A stretch of DNA of 64,000 nt. Source: Eledone cirrhosa. Lineage: Eukaryota. The stretch spans positions 21,948,001 through 22,012,000 of the forward strand of contig OZ024741.1 in NCBI GenBank assembly GCA_964016885.1. Direction: 5' to 3'. Positions 12,140 to 23,648 of this stretch are shown piece after piece; positions within the stretch are counted from its first letter, which is position 1, and each line of letters opens with the position of its first letter. The notes beneath the pieces are model-generated. The model was not told where the DNA came from. It saw nothing but the letters and a program-made list of their open reading frames with translations, and made no database searches. The position numbers were made by a program, and so were the translations under genes.

Positions 12140-12170
<31 letters not shown>
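11880..12170 (+). mobile_element. 3' end fragment of an RTE-like LINE with (AAG)n tail
   Basis: Translation IPRGRPQARWLDNIHDLGWSRLGI...VASDRTHWKGCL resembles RTE-clade C-termini; directly followed by (AAG)n. Confidence 0.6.
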
Positions 12171-12171
<1 letters not shown>

Positions 12172-12292
12172 TCTTAGCGTAAAAAGAATTTCTAATATTT
12201 GTTTTATGGTGATCTGACATATCTGAAAAGCAACTCTACAATTATTTTAGTTAATATTAACTAATTATCTCATGATTTTCTTTATTATTCAG

Positions 12293-13462
12293 TGTGATGG
12301 AATCTTATGTGATGGACCTTCCTTTGCTAACTCTGCTTCCACAGTGGTAGACTGTCGAAAGATCGATGAAGGTAAGATCGGCTTTTTCCGAATTGGACTC
12401 GAGCCGAAGTCTCGAGTTGAAGAAATATTTGAGAGAATCCAAACGCAATTTAAGAATAAAGCAGCATCTCATCGGTCTTCCATACAAAGTACGAGTGAAA
12501 CTTTGGACAGTGGTGTAGATATTCGGGCATCAAATCCAGGATCAGTCAACTTAGAATTAGAAGGACATATCAATGATGCTTTTGATGACAGTGATGATGG
12601 AGATCATAGTTCAAATAATCGGAATATCAAAGCCGATTGTTTTGTTGGCGATATAAAAAGCGATACACAAAATCAGTTTGAAGATGATTTTAATAAATCA
12701 ACAAATGTTTTAGGAAAGTGGTCAGAACAAAAACCTGAATTAGAAAACACCAAAAACGACAACAAACCTCAAATTAAAGGTTTGGTTGATAATCTTGATC
12801 GTATTTTATCAGAGGCAGAGAAACAGAATAAAGAACTTGATAACATAGATGTTCGTAGTTCAGAGATAATAAATATTCCAGAAACTGAGAACAATATAAA
12901 CAACGGGGATGTTACAAATGAACTAATCTCGGACGACGAACCATTAACGTCACTGAAATCACGTAAACGTCGCCAGCTGCAAAGTCAAATTAACACACAT
13001 ATTCTAAACAGAGGTCAACAACTGAGATCAACTGATAGTCCACCGAGTCCAGGAAGTTTGGCTGAATACAAAAACTCACCAGACACATTTAAAACGACTT
13101 TGGAAGTAAACTTAAACCAATACCAACATGTTATCGTTGATGACTCACCGAGTGAAACACTGGCTGGAGAGGAAGAGAGAACAACATATAATGTAGGAGA
13201 ATCGACAAATGGGATCAAGAAGAAAATTGTACCTATTTTTAATTTTTCCTCCAAGAATAATAACTCATTTGTCTTAGAGCGAGAAAATGAAGCCATTAGT
13301 CAGAACCTAACTCCTCCATTTCCTCAAGATCAGGAAGATGATTTGGTCAACGTCAATGGAAATACTTTTGTCACCAGAGATGGTAATAGTACACAAGACC
13401 GTTTAAAAAGACTCTCCACTCATGAACGTCCAGAATTCTTTAAGCAAAGAACCGAGTTGTAG
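12293..13462 (+). CDS. Terminal coding exon E: end of YrdC domain (CDGILCDGPSFANSASTVVDCR...FFRIG) plus ~340-aa acidic/Asn-rich low-complexity tail ending RTEL
   Basis: ttcag| acceptor in phase 0; DGILCDG...STVVD...RIG matches the YrdC D.ILDGG...STVVD...LR.G pattern; long open frame to TAG at 13460-13462. Confidence 0.88.
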   Translation, partial: CDGILCDGPSFANSASTVVDCRKIDEGKIGFFRIGLEPKSRVEEIFERIQTQFKNKAASHRSSIQSTSETLDSGVDIRASNPGSVNLELEGHINDAFDDSDDGDHSSNNRNIKADCFVGDIKSDTQNQFEDDFNKSTNVLGKWSEQKPELENTKNDNKPQIKGLVDNLDRILSEAEKQNKELDNIDVRSSEIINIPETENNINNGDVTNELISDDEPLTSLKSRKRRQLQSQINTHILNRGQQLRSTDSPPSPGSLAEYKNSPDTFKTTLEVNLNQYQHVIVDDSPSETLAGEEERTTYNVGESTNGIKKKIVPIFNFSSKNNNSFVLERENEAISQNLTPPFPQDQEDDLVNVNGNTFVTRDGNSTQDRLKRLSTHERPEFFKQRTEL

Positions 13463-13640
13463 TTCCTTAGGTAAGTTAGTTGGAGGTGGAGGACACTCGT
13501 TCGGACGCCACAACCTCTCTATTTCTATATATAGGAATAGTTTGAATGGTTTGAGAGAATGTAGAGGTTTATATTTCATTTCAACACCATGACAACCATA
13601 GTGAAATATTTTGCCAAGTTCAATACATTCTTATAATTTT

Positions 13641-13648
13641 CACACACA

Positions 13649-13744
<96 letters not shown>

Positions 13745-13748
13745 CACA
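13641..13748. repeat. (CA)n/(CACG)n microsatellite
   Basis: Direct observation. Confidence 0.95.
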
Positions 13749-13924
13749 CTTATATAAAGGAAACTAGTGCATAAAGTTTTTTAAATTGTATTTAAGAAGT
13801 ATTCAAATCTATGAATATAAATAATTTAAACGACAAACTATCAAATATTTATTCATTTCTTCAATAAAAGATAAATATCAAGACTTTATATTTAGAATTT
13901 CAGTCTGTTGTTTTCTTTTACAAT

Positions 13925-14050
13925 ATCCTCCGGGGAAACGCCTTCTCCATTCTGTCCGCCGGGGGGGGGGGGGGGGGGGGGCCAGCACATGGGACCCCAT
14001 TTGCTCACCATACGGAGAGGTAGGGAGGGCGAGAGAGATGGAGGCGATGA
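13925..14050 (+). mobile_element. Very short 3' fragment of a CRE-like retrotransposon
   Basis: TCCTCCGGGGAAACGCCTTCTCCATTCTGTCCGCCGGGG (LRGNAFSILSAG) is shared with 44095-44335, 44778-45125 and 47340-47662; another piece lies at ~14455-14545 (-). Confidence 0.6.
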
Positions 14051-15053
14051 CAGCGGGAGTTCAGCTGTTCTTTCATGTTTGCTTAGGTTACAATTGCATT
14101 GTGATAGAAGCTGGAATTGTCACTCAAATTAAAAGATATATGTACATAGCCACATATTAGAGATATATACAAAGGCATTAAAATACTAGTATTCAAAAGT
14201 TCATAAAAAAGGGACCATCGGAATTTTACTCTCCACGAAGAGGAAGCGGCTGGTCAAATTCTGTTATTATATAAACCTCTATTCTATAGCTAACGCACAC
14301 TAATTCAAGGAAAGCTACTCTAATTGACTACAAATATTGTTTCAAAAGAGTTATTTCCCTTGTCAAATAAGTTTCACTAATTTGGCTTCAAAATAGTACC
14401 TATAATGAGTACATAACTTTGTGTAACAGTCTTTGAAGTATAAGGGATAGAATCATTAGAACATCTGACTGATAAAATGACAAGTCAGTCAATCATATTG
14501 GTGGCCTCCCCACAGCCCCGGCGGACAGAATGGAGAAGGCATTTCAAAATAGTTGTTGTCTAGCTCCAGATGAAGTCTAATCGAGCTGACATATGATTAA
14601 AACTGTTATTATTTCGTCTCTCTTTTTCTTTCAGACATCAAATATCTAGGACTTAAGTAGCCAATGTATAATTTCTTTGTTAAGACCTTAGGATTTGAGT
14701 TGAGGCCGTTTGAGCTGCGACGTGTCGAAACAGTATCTGGTTCTCAGAATATAGCCACAATATACTGGAACAGTACCCATAACCTGTGAAAACCGACCTA
14801 AACTGGAGTTATTGATGCAGTTGGTAACCAGATTTAATTGTTTCTATTTTTGGCACAAGACGAGCAATTATCTGGTACTTTATTTTATCGACCCCGTAAG
14901 GATGAAAGGCAAAGTTAACCTCGGCGGGATTTGAACTCAGACTGTAAAGGGAAGTAACTATGCTGGTTAGTTTCAGCAGGAGACATGCTTAGAATGTTTG
15001 AATCTATTAAAGATATCAAAGCTATAGATTTGACCGGTGTAAACACTGACGCC

Positions 15054-15124
<71 letters not shown>

Positions 15125-15159
15125 GTGTGCATATATGCGTGTATGTATGTGTGCATATA

Positions 15160-15194
<35 letters not shown>

Positions 15195-15207
15195 ATATAT
15201 ATGTACA

Positions 15208-15405
15208 TGTAAGATAGTAATATGGACGTAAACAAGAGAAGAAACTCTCTGTTCTTTCCCTCATGGCCTTTTGATCGATAAAAGGCCTTGGGCGCGCTGC
15301 CGATCGATTTCGATGTCCCGTTTTAAGCGCCAAAACATCTATGATCGCTGTTAACAGCTGATGAAGGGTTTCTTCTCTTGTTTACGTCCATATTACTATC
15401 TTACA
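15208..15405. repeat. ~200-bp element with perfect 38-bp terminal inverted repeats (MITE-like or inverted PLE remnant)
   Basis: TGTAAGATAGTAATATGGACGTAAACAAGAGAAGAAAC (15208-15245) and its exact reverse complement (15368-15405). Confidence 0.75.
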
Positions 15406-15442
15406 CTTTGTTTACAGTAGCCAAACAGCCCGCTCCGTTTCT

Positions 15443-15490
<48 letters not shown>

Positions 15491-15690
15491 GATAGAGTGA
15501 GACACGCTTCACATCGGCTCTGCTATTCTATCGTAATTTACCCTTACTATAGTAAGTACCAGTGAATTTTTTCAGTGCAACACATTTGGAACACTTACCC
15601 CTGTTATTTAGGGAAACATTTTTACATTTACCCCCTTTTTAGGGGGTAAAATAAATAACTATTTTTCTGTAAAACTTCTTTCTTGGCCGC

Positions 15691-17538
15691 ATGGCGGGAA
15701 ATATGGCAGACATCTCTGCCATTAGCTCTGCCACGCCCCCCAAGTCTGAAGAACAAAAAATGGATACAACAAAACTAGACAACGAAACAAACAAGGAAAA
15801 TGAAAAAACAAATGTTACGGAAAATGAGCAAACGGAAAACAAACAAACAGAAAACAAGAATACAAAAAACAACAAGGCAACTTTCGCCCAGACAACAAAA
15901 AAATCAATCACATATACACCTATTGACTTAACTGCCGCCAGAGAGAAACTGGCAGAAGCAAAAAAGCACATAGTCTTGGGGGAGAACGGAATGTTTTCCA
16001 TTAACCCCCCCCCCCCCATAATTCAAGAAAACGAGACAAGCAAACACTGTTATGTTTAGAACAGTCCTAAACAACACAAGGAAGCCAGCACAGCCCACCC
16101 AAACAGAGATAGAGTTGGTCCTAAAAGACCATATGAAGAATATTCTCTTCATACGAAAGGACCGACTCTATGGCAGCATTTCTGTTTTAATAAAAGACAA
16201 AGAAACAGCACAGAGGCTTTCCCTAAGCCCACTCACATCAACAGCATACAGTTTCTATCCCTCCTACATGGGTAGAAGAACTCAGAGAATCAAAATACAG
16301 ACAATGCTGCCCACAATGGACTTCTGGTGGGCTATTGCTGGCTTCATAGACATGGGCGAGGACACAGTGCTGTCAATGGGGAAGGCATCTGGAGATGCGT
16401 TCCTGGGAATGGGCCTCGACCTACTAGTACAAATGAGGCCTGAAAGAATAGCGCAAATCCCGGATCGCATCTGGCTGGATGACCTCACCTCAATATATAT
16501 AATTGTAGAGGGGAGAAGACCAGCATGCTATTCATGCATGGAAAGGGGACACGTTAAGGCTAACTGCCCGAATCGTATCCCCCAAAAAGGACTATTGCCC
16601 ACACCCACCACAAACAGTACACCAACACCACCCACCTCCAAAAATACACTAACACCACCAACACACACAGCAAACAAAATACAGACACCACCAACCACAA
16701 GCACAACACAAATATCACCACCACCAGCACCAAACACAAGCTCCACACAAAAATCACCACCACCATCACCAACCACAAGCACAACACAAACATCACCACC
16801 ACCATCACCAACCACAAGCACGACACAAACATCACCACCACCACCACAAAACACATTCCAAACAAATAATTAAAAAAAACAGCAACAATTCTACCCCTCC
16901 CGCAAAAAAAACAACCAGACACCACGTCCCTCCCACCTAGCGCTGAAGAGTTTCCCCCAACTTCTGAAGAAGAAGGAGGAGAAGCCTTCAGACAAGTTAA
17001 AAGGAAAAAACGAAAGCACACACCCAGCACACCACAACAACAAATAACCCACGCACAAACACCAACTCCAATCAAAAACACCCCACCCTCGACAAACAAA
17101 AATAAATCTGCGCCTCCCCTCTTCGAAACATTGACAGGATCACAAAAAAAGACTTTACAATACACATATAAATAAAGAAAACAAAAAAACTGTTTAAATT
17201 AATAAACAATAGCCCTTTGGTGCAGACCGAAGGGCCAAACTTTATCTCAACAGAGAACTTTACTCATTTAAAAATGATAAAGGTCCCCCTGGACCTTTAT
17301 CGTTCCTTAAAAGAACAATTTAAACAGGACATGAGCCCCCCCCCCCCCCTGTTTAAAACCGTTAAATCGCGTCCTCTTGAAAGATTTCCCCATAACCTCC
17401 CCTCTCTCTGACACAACTCCAAATACCCCAACCCCACCACACTCGGATACCCCCACACCACCACAAAACATCCCTCCACCCAACACACCCGACCCCATGG
17501 AAATTACACAACCCGGACTCCGGGACGCGGAGAGGTAG
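15691..17538 (+). pseudogene. LINE ORF1 (Gag-like, zinc knuckle CYSCMERGHVKANC, Pro/Thr-rich tail), frameshifted
   Basis: ORF pieces 15691-16059 and 16052-16873, then a tail ending MEITQPGLRDAER*; at least one break at a poly-C run (~16005-16017); homologous to copy 2 ORF1. Confidence 0.8.
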
Positions 17539-17578
17539 GTGCTTTTCTTTCTTCACTTTCAACACCAAAACAGATCAA

Positions 17579-20500
17579 TTGAGAGTTGGTTGTTTGAATA
17601 CGCGTGGCCTGGGCTCAGCTTGGAAGCAAGCAAAGCTTCTAAGTGACCTCAGGTCACGAAGTATAGATGTGATGGTTGTTTGCGAGAGTCGGATCAGCAG
17701 CGTGCGACAGTTGGCTCCCGCCTTCGATGACTTTGAGATGCATGCATCTCTCTGTCAACCCGGAGGTGGGGGTGGGGTTGCCGTACTGCTGGATAAACGT
17801 CTGGCTCTCGACGTACAGATTGTTCACTCGGGCCCGGGGGGTCGATTACTGGTGCTGGACGTCGGAAGCGGTGAAGGCGGGGCTTTCAGACTGGTTGGTC
17901 TTTATGCCCCCTTCGGGGCTGAAAGAGCCGACTTCTTCCAGCGTCTGGAGACTTTTCTAGGAACGTCGCGTTCTCTGCTTTTAGTGGGGGACTGGAATGG
18001 AATCCTAGATGCGCGTTGGGACTATGCAGGGGAATGTCCCGATAGAGGGGGGTGTAGCAGCCTCAATGGGTTACTCGATCGATTCGACCTGGTCGATAGA
18101 TTTCGACTAAATTTTCCAACTGTGCCAACCTGGACTTGGGCAAACCGCAGTGGTCAATCTAGATCGTACCTAGATAGGTTTTTGGTTAGGAGTAAGGATA
18201 GGGACGTATTTAGTTGTCCAGAATTGCTCATGGTTGGCTATTCAGATCACAAATTAGTGACCTGTGTGGTCAACCTTGATAGAACGCATAGACAGGGTCC
18301 CGGTTACTGGAAGATGAACTTGTACTTGTCGGCAAAGGAAGCTTACAGGAACCGGATTAGTAGCTTAGTTAAGATGCGGTTGACGGGAGCGATCGTCAAC
18401 AGCAGGTGGTGGGTATCTCTAAAGAGAGAGATTAAAGTAAGTTCGATAGGTTACAGTAAGGAACTAGCGGCGAATAGAAATAGGAGGGAAAGGGAGTTGA
18501 CAGATAAACTAGAAGAGGCGATTAGGAGCGGAGACGTGGCCAGAGTGTTAGCGTCGAGAACGGCGTTGAGCCAGTTCTTTGACGCGAAGCACGAAGGCTG
18601 CGTTGTCCGAAGTAAAATACGTGCTTTAGGAAACGAGGGGACCAAAACTGTTAGCTCGGCACGCGTGACAGAAGCCAAGAGTGGGATTAAATCCACCATT
18701 CGGTCTTTGCGAGACCAGGATGGACGGGTGATCCTTGAACCTGAGCGGATGTGCGAGGCCTTTCAAAGGCACTTTGTTCGACTGTTCGGAGGGGGCGGGG
18801 GGCCGGACGGGGATGTGGACTTCGGTCCATACCTCGACGGCCTGCCGCGTGTTTCGAGCGGCGAAGCGGAGTGCTACGAAAGGCCAATCACAGCCACTGA
18901 AATCGGGGAAGCGCTCAGCCAATGCAGCAGACGCAAATCTCCGGGTCTCGATGGTCTACCATACGAACTTTATTTAGCTATGCCGGTCTTGTTCTCCGAA
19001 CTCCTCGAAGCTGTCTATTGCAACTGGCAACAGAACGGGAGAATTCCCTGTTCTGTTACCAAGGGCGTAGTCACGCTAGTGAGGAAGGACGAGAGCAAGG
19101 GGGACGACTTAAGTAACTTTAGGCCCATAACTCTGCTGAATGCAGAGTTAAAGATTTTGGCCAAGGTGTTAGCGAAGAGGTTGGCGCTTGTGGTGGGTGG
19201 CTTGGTGGGAGACGCGCAGACATGCGCTATCCCGTCCAGGTCCATTCACGACAACCTCCACCTCATGCGATACATCGTAGAGAGGGTTGGGAACGAACCC
19301 GGCTTTGGTGGGGCCCTGATCAACTTGGATCAATCTAAGGCGTTCGATAGGGTCGACCATGGTTACCTGGATGCGGTGCTAGCGGCGGCGGGCTTCGGAC
19401 CCGTTTTCAGGGGCTGGATTTCTGCCATCCACAGTGGCAACATCTACTCTAGGATTAAAGTAAACGGCTACCTCTCGGAGCCGTTTCAAATCACCCGGTC
19501 CATCAGACAGGGGTGCCCCCTCTCCTCCCTTCTGTACGTATTGACTCTCGAGCCACTGCTGCGGAAGTTGGAGTTGCTGCGGGGAATACCCCTGGAACCG
19601 GGATTGCACAAAGCGGTCTCGGCCTATGCCGATGACGTAACAGTAATGGTGGCGGACGCCTCGGAAATCGGGGCGATCGCCACCCTACTGGAGGAATACG
19701 AAAGGCTGACGGGAGCTAGGCTGAACCGGGACAAGTCAGTCGGTTTGCAACTCGGAACATGGAGGGGCAAACCGATGCCGTTAGACGGTGTCGTCGGGCG
19801 GTGGACGGAGGGCCCGGTGAAGCTGCTCGGGGTCTGGTTCGGACCGGACCTCCAGGTGGAGAAGAATTGGGGCGAGGTGACGAGCAGGGTGTTTGCGCTG
19901 ACCCAGAAGTGGGCCAAGTGCAAACTATCACTGAAAGGTCGGGCGGAGGTGACGAACGCTTACATAGCGTCCGTCATCTACTACCGCCTGACCGTCGTGC
20001 CTTGCCTCAAGGAAACGCTCACCATCATGGAGCGCATGCTCTTCCAGTTCCTCTGGAAGAAGCGGCCTCCCATGGTGAGGAGATCCATCTGCTGCCAGCA
20101 CCCTTCGAAAGGAGGGCTGGGTATGCCGTGGCTGTTGATGCGTAGGCACGCATTGAGGCTACGGCATCTACAGGTATTCCTCACCGGTCAACCGGTGTGG
20201 GCCCCGTTTGTGAGGCGAGCCTTCCCACAGCTCGTCTCGCTCACCGAGCTGCAATCCTGGGTGAAGCAAAGACCGAGAAAACTGGGCAACTGGCACACCG
20301 AGTGTGCCCAGGCGCTCACGGCTATCTGGCAAGCGGACCCGACTGTCAGTGGAGAATCCACCTCGACATTCTATAGAGGGCTGGTGGCTAGCAGGGGCGA
20401 CGACACCCTTGGAGAGTCGCTAGGCATGGAGGAGGACGAACTGGCCAGCCTGTTCGGTAGAACTTTCGGCCCGGGACCCATGGATAACTTCCAGAGGTCC

Positions 20501-21014
20501 CTAGCCTGGCAGTGCTACCGGGGGGGGGGGGGCTCTGCCCGTTCGAGAAAAGCTCTACAGACACGGGCGCCCGGGCAGGGATCCCGCGAAAAAGATCTGT
20601 CCCAGATGCGTGCGCGACGAGGAAACCGTTGCGCATGCACTGGTACACTGCCCGGGCGTTGCCGATCTGTGGGGCTACGTCGAACGACTGCTGTCGCGTG
20701 TGGCGCCGATTCGATTGACCGCCGAGTCTGTGGTGAACATCAAGCCGCCTCCTCCCTTCAGAAATGAAGCAGAGGCGGTCTTTCTGTGCGTAATAGCCAT
20801 GATGAAAGAGGTTGTGTGGTGGACGCGCCTGAAAGGTCTGAGGTCGGGTGACTTTCTCTCCGGCCATCACCTGGTTTACTTCTTCCGATACCACTTCGGA
20901 AGAAGGATCAGGATGGAGAGAGAAGTGCTTGGCCCCAGACAGTTTTATGAAAGGTGGGTGAAAGAAGCGAGAATGGCTCGTGTAAATGGGCCTTCTCTCT
21001 ACATTGTTCTGTAG
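17579..21014 (+). CDS. LINE ORF2: APE endonuclease + reverse transcriptase + CCHC-like tail; one frameshift in a poly-G run (~20520-20532)
   Basis: NTRGL, VCES, GDWN, YLDRF and SDH (APE); KSPGLDG, FRPITLLN, DQSKAFDRV, RQGCPLS and YADD (RT); CPRC...ETVAHALVHC in the second frame. Confidence 0.92.
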
Positions 21015-21467
21015 GTGAAGAAGTGAAGAGGAAAGGGGGAGCGTCTCCTCTCTGGGCTTCCCCCGCGAAAAGAGTTGCACACTTTTCGGGGGTATGTGCA
21101 ATCCCCAACACGCCCCCTCCCTTTTGAGGACTTTTTATTATTATATTATTCTTATTGTTATGCCTTTTTCTTTACTCGCATTTATGTAAACTCCCCCCTG
21201 TGTATTTGTCCCTTTCTCTTGTGCCCTAGTGGCAAATAAAGAAATATATCTATCTATCTATCTATTTATCTATCTATTATATATATATATATATATATAA
21301 AATATGTTGAGAAGGTAACACACCAGAGAGAGATATATAGTGCGTTATCAATAATACAGGGAAAAAACCACCAGTGTATGGAATCTATAACCTATGAAAG
21401 GCAGACTATAGACACGATAATTAAAAATATAAATTAAAGCGTAAATAAATACCTCTATAACTATATA

Positions 21468-21548
21468 ACACACGTACAAATCCAAAGATATGTTTCACCA
21501 GAAAATTTGTTGAAAGAAATGGTCTAGTCTCGGTTCATCAGCGTGTGT
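21468..21548 (-). ncRNA. Type I hammerhead ribozyme (inverted copy)
   Basis: Reverse complement: ACACACG-CTGATGA-ACCG...TGGT-GAAA-CATATC tttg GATTTG-TA^-CGTGTGT. Confidence 0.8.
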
Positions 21549-22321
21549 AAGGCCATACATTTCAGACAACACTAAGAGAATTTTACAATTGACTGTCCAG
21601 TTACACGTGGGAGAGAGAAGTCACAGCGTGTTTAAGGGCAGTGAACCAGTGGCCTCTGAGAGACGAACTGCTAGAAAGGGCAGCCCAAAGCCACTCAGAG
21701 AAGTGTGCTCAACCAAACAGAGATAGGAAAGACTGTTGTTAGGAGCGAAATATCACGATAAATTAACGGAGGCATAGGCCGTCGTTATTCCCTGTAAATA
21801 ATGTGCTCAAAGGGGAAGAGATCCTGAGCCCTTTAAAATATAATATGTTGAGAAGGTAACACACCAGAGAGAGATGTATAGTGCGTTATCAATAATACAG
21901 GGAAAAAACCACCGTGTCTATAGTCTGCCTTTCATAGGTTATAGATTCCATACACTGGTGGTTTTTTCCCTGTATTATTGATAACGCACTATATATCTCT
22001 CTCTGGTGTGTTACCTTCTCAACATATTATATTTTAAAGGGCTCAGGATCTCTTCCCCTTTGAGCACATTATTTACAGGGAATAACGACGGCCTATGCCT
22101 CCGTTAATTTATCGTGATATTTCGCTCCTAACAACAGTCTTTCCTATCTCTGTTTGGTTGAGCACACTTCTCTGAGTGGCTTTGGGCTGCCCTTTCTAGC
22201 AGTTCGTCTCTCAGAGGCCACTGGTTCACTGCCCTTAAACACGCTGTGACTTCTCTCTCCCACGTGTAGCTGGACAGTCAATTGTAAAATTCTCTTAGTG
22301 TTGTCTGAAATGTATGGCCTT

Positions 22322-22402
22322 ACACACGCTGATGAACCGAGACTAGACCATTTCTTTCAACAAATTTTCTGGTGAAACATATCTTTGAATTTGTACGTGT
22401 GT
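22322..22402 (+). ncRNA. Type I hammerhead ribozyme
   Basis: Stem I ACACACG/CGTGTGT (7 bp), core CTGATGA, stem II ACCG/TGGT, GAAA, stem III ACA...TGT, cleavage triplet GTA (after 22395). Confidence 0.8.
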
Positions 22403-22653
22403 TATATAGTTATAGAGGTATTTATTTACGCTTTAATTTATATTTTTGATTATCGTGTCTATAGTCTGCCTTTCATAGGTTATAGATTCCATACACTGGT
22501 GGTTTTTTCCCTGTATTATTGATAACGCACTATATCTCTCTCTCTGGTGTGTTACCTTCTCAACATATTATATTTTAAAGGGCTCAGGATCTCTTCCCCT
22601 TTGAGCACATTATTTACAGGGAATAACGACGGCCTATGCCTCCGTTAATTTAT

Positions 22654-22723
<70 letters not shown>

Positions 22724-22991
22724 ATGTGTCCGGGTCAATCGGGGGTAACCACAGTAAGTAAGGTACTCAATACATAGCAGAGTATAAATGTTTAATATAG
22801 AAATGGCTTCTACAGGACTAGAACTGTTTCATTGGGAGAGTTAGTGCCGTTTCGATGGTGAATGTCATATATTCGCCGTCGAGTCGGCAAAAGATCAGCT
22901 GTCGGTCACAAACTCTTTACAATACCAACACTCTCAAGTATTGAGTACTTGGCTGAACAATCGTCTTACTAGTCTAAACTGGTAACTCTCC

Positions 22992-23152
<161 letters not shown>

Positions 23153-23160
23153 CACACACC

Positions 23161-23248
<88 letters not shown>

Positions 23249-23348
23249 AAACCTGTTCTACATCATCCACTCTCATCCCAGGAACAGTTTTTGATAGCGC
23301 TAGTTTGTGATTTAAATTCAGGAATTTTATATTCTTTGAATGAAAAGA

Positions 23349-23432
23349 ACCTTCTGACGAGAATCTTTCTTTGCAACGAAGGCCGTATGGTCTCCGTTTT
23401 ATTTTTGGGATTCGAAACCGATCGGTAAAGGT
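23349..23432 (+). ncRNA. Type I hammerhead ribozyme with palindromic stem III (PLE-type)
   Basis: ACCTT-CTGACGA-GAATCTT...GGGATTC-GAAA-CCGATCGG-TA^-AAGGT; all three stems pair; ACCGATCGGT is a perfect palindrome. Confidence 0.85.
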
Positions 23433-23506
23433 AACTATAGTAGGTAAAGTCAATTTTTTAAAATTTATTTTGAAACTTTTTCATTATTTACTAAACCTTG
23501 TTTATA

Positions 23507-23648
<142 letters not shown>

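Larger units (their letters stand above)
15490..21244 (+). mobile_element. Near-full-length Tx1/L1-type non-LTR retrotransposon, copy 1
   Basis: ORF1 with CCHC knuckle, ORF2 with APE endonuclease, RT and C-terminal Cys/His motif; 3' end AATAAAGAAA; (TATC)n on both flanks. Confidence 0.9.
21298..22660. mobile_element. Non-coding 541-bp repeat in partial tandem and inverted arrangement (retrozyme / non-autonomous PLE-like)
   Basis: About 1.1 units on the - strand (21298-21913) abut about 1.4 units on the + strand (21914-22660); period 21914 to 22455; embedded in (TA)n; one hammerhead per unit. Confidence 0.85.

Noticed and set aside
17535-17573. Intron-like signals (GTAGGT or GTGAGT, pyrimidine tract, CAG) between LINE ORF1 and ORF2 in both copies (also 30547-30580)
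   Set aside because: Only 34-39 nt long, the AG is not at the homologous position in the two copies, and splicing would not fuse ORF1 to ORF2 in frame in either.
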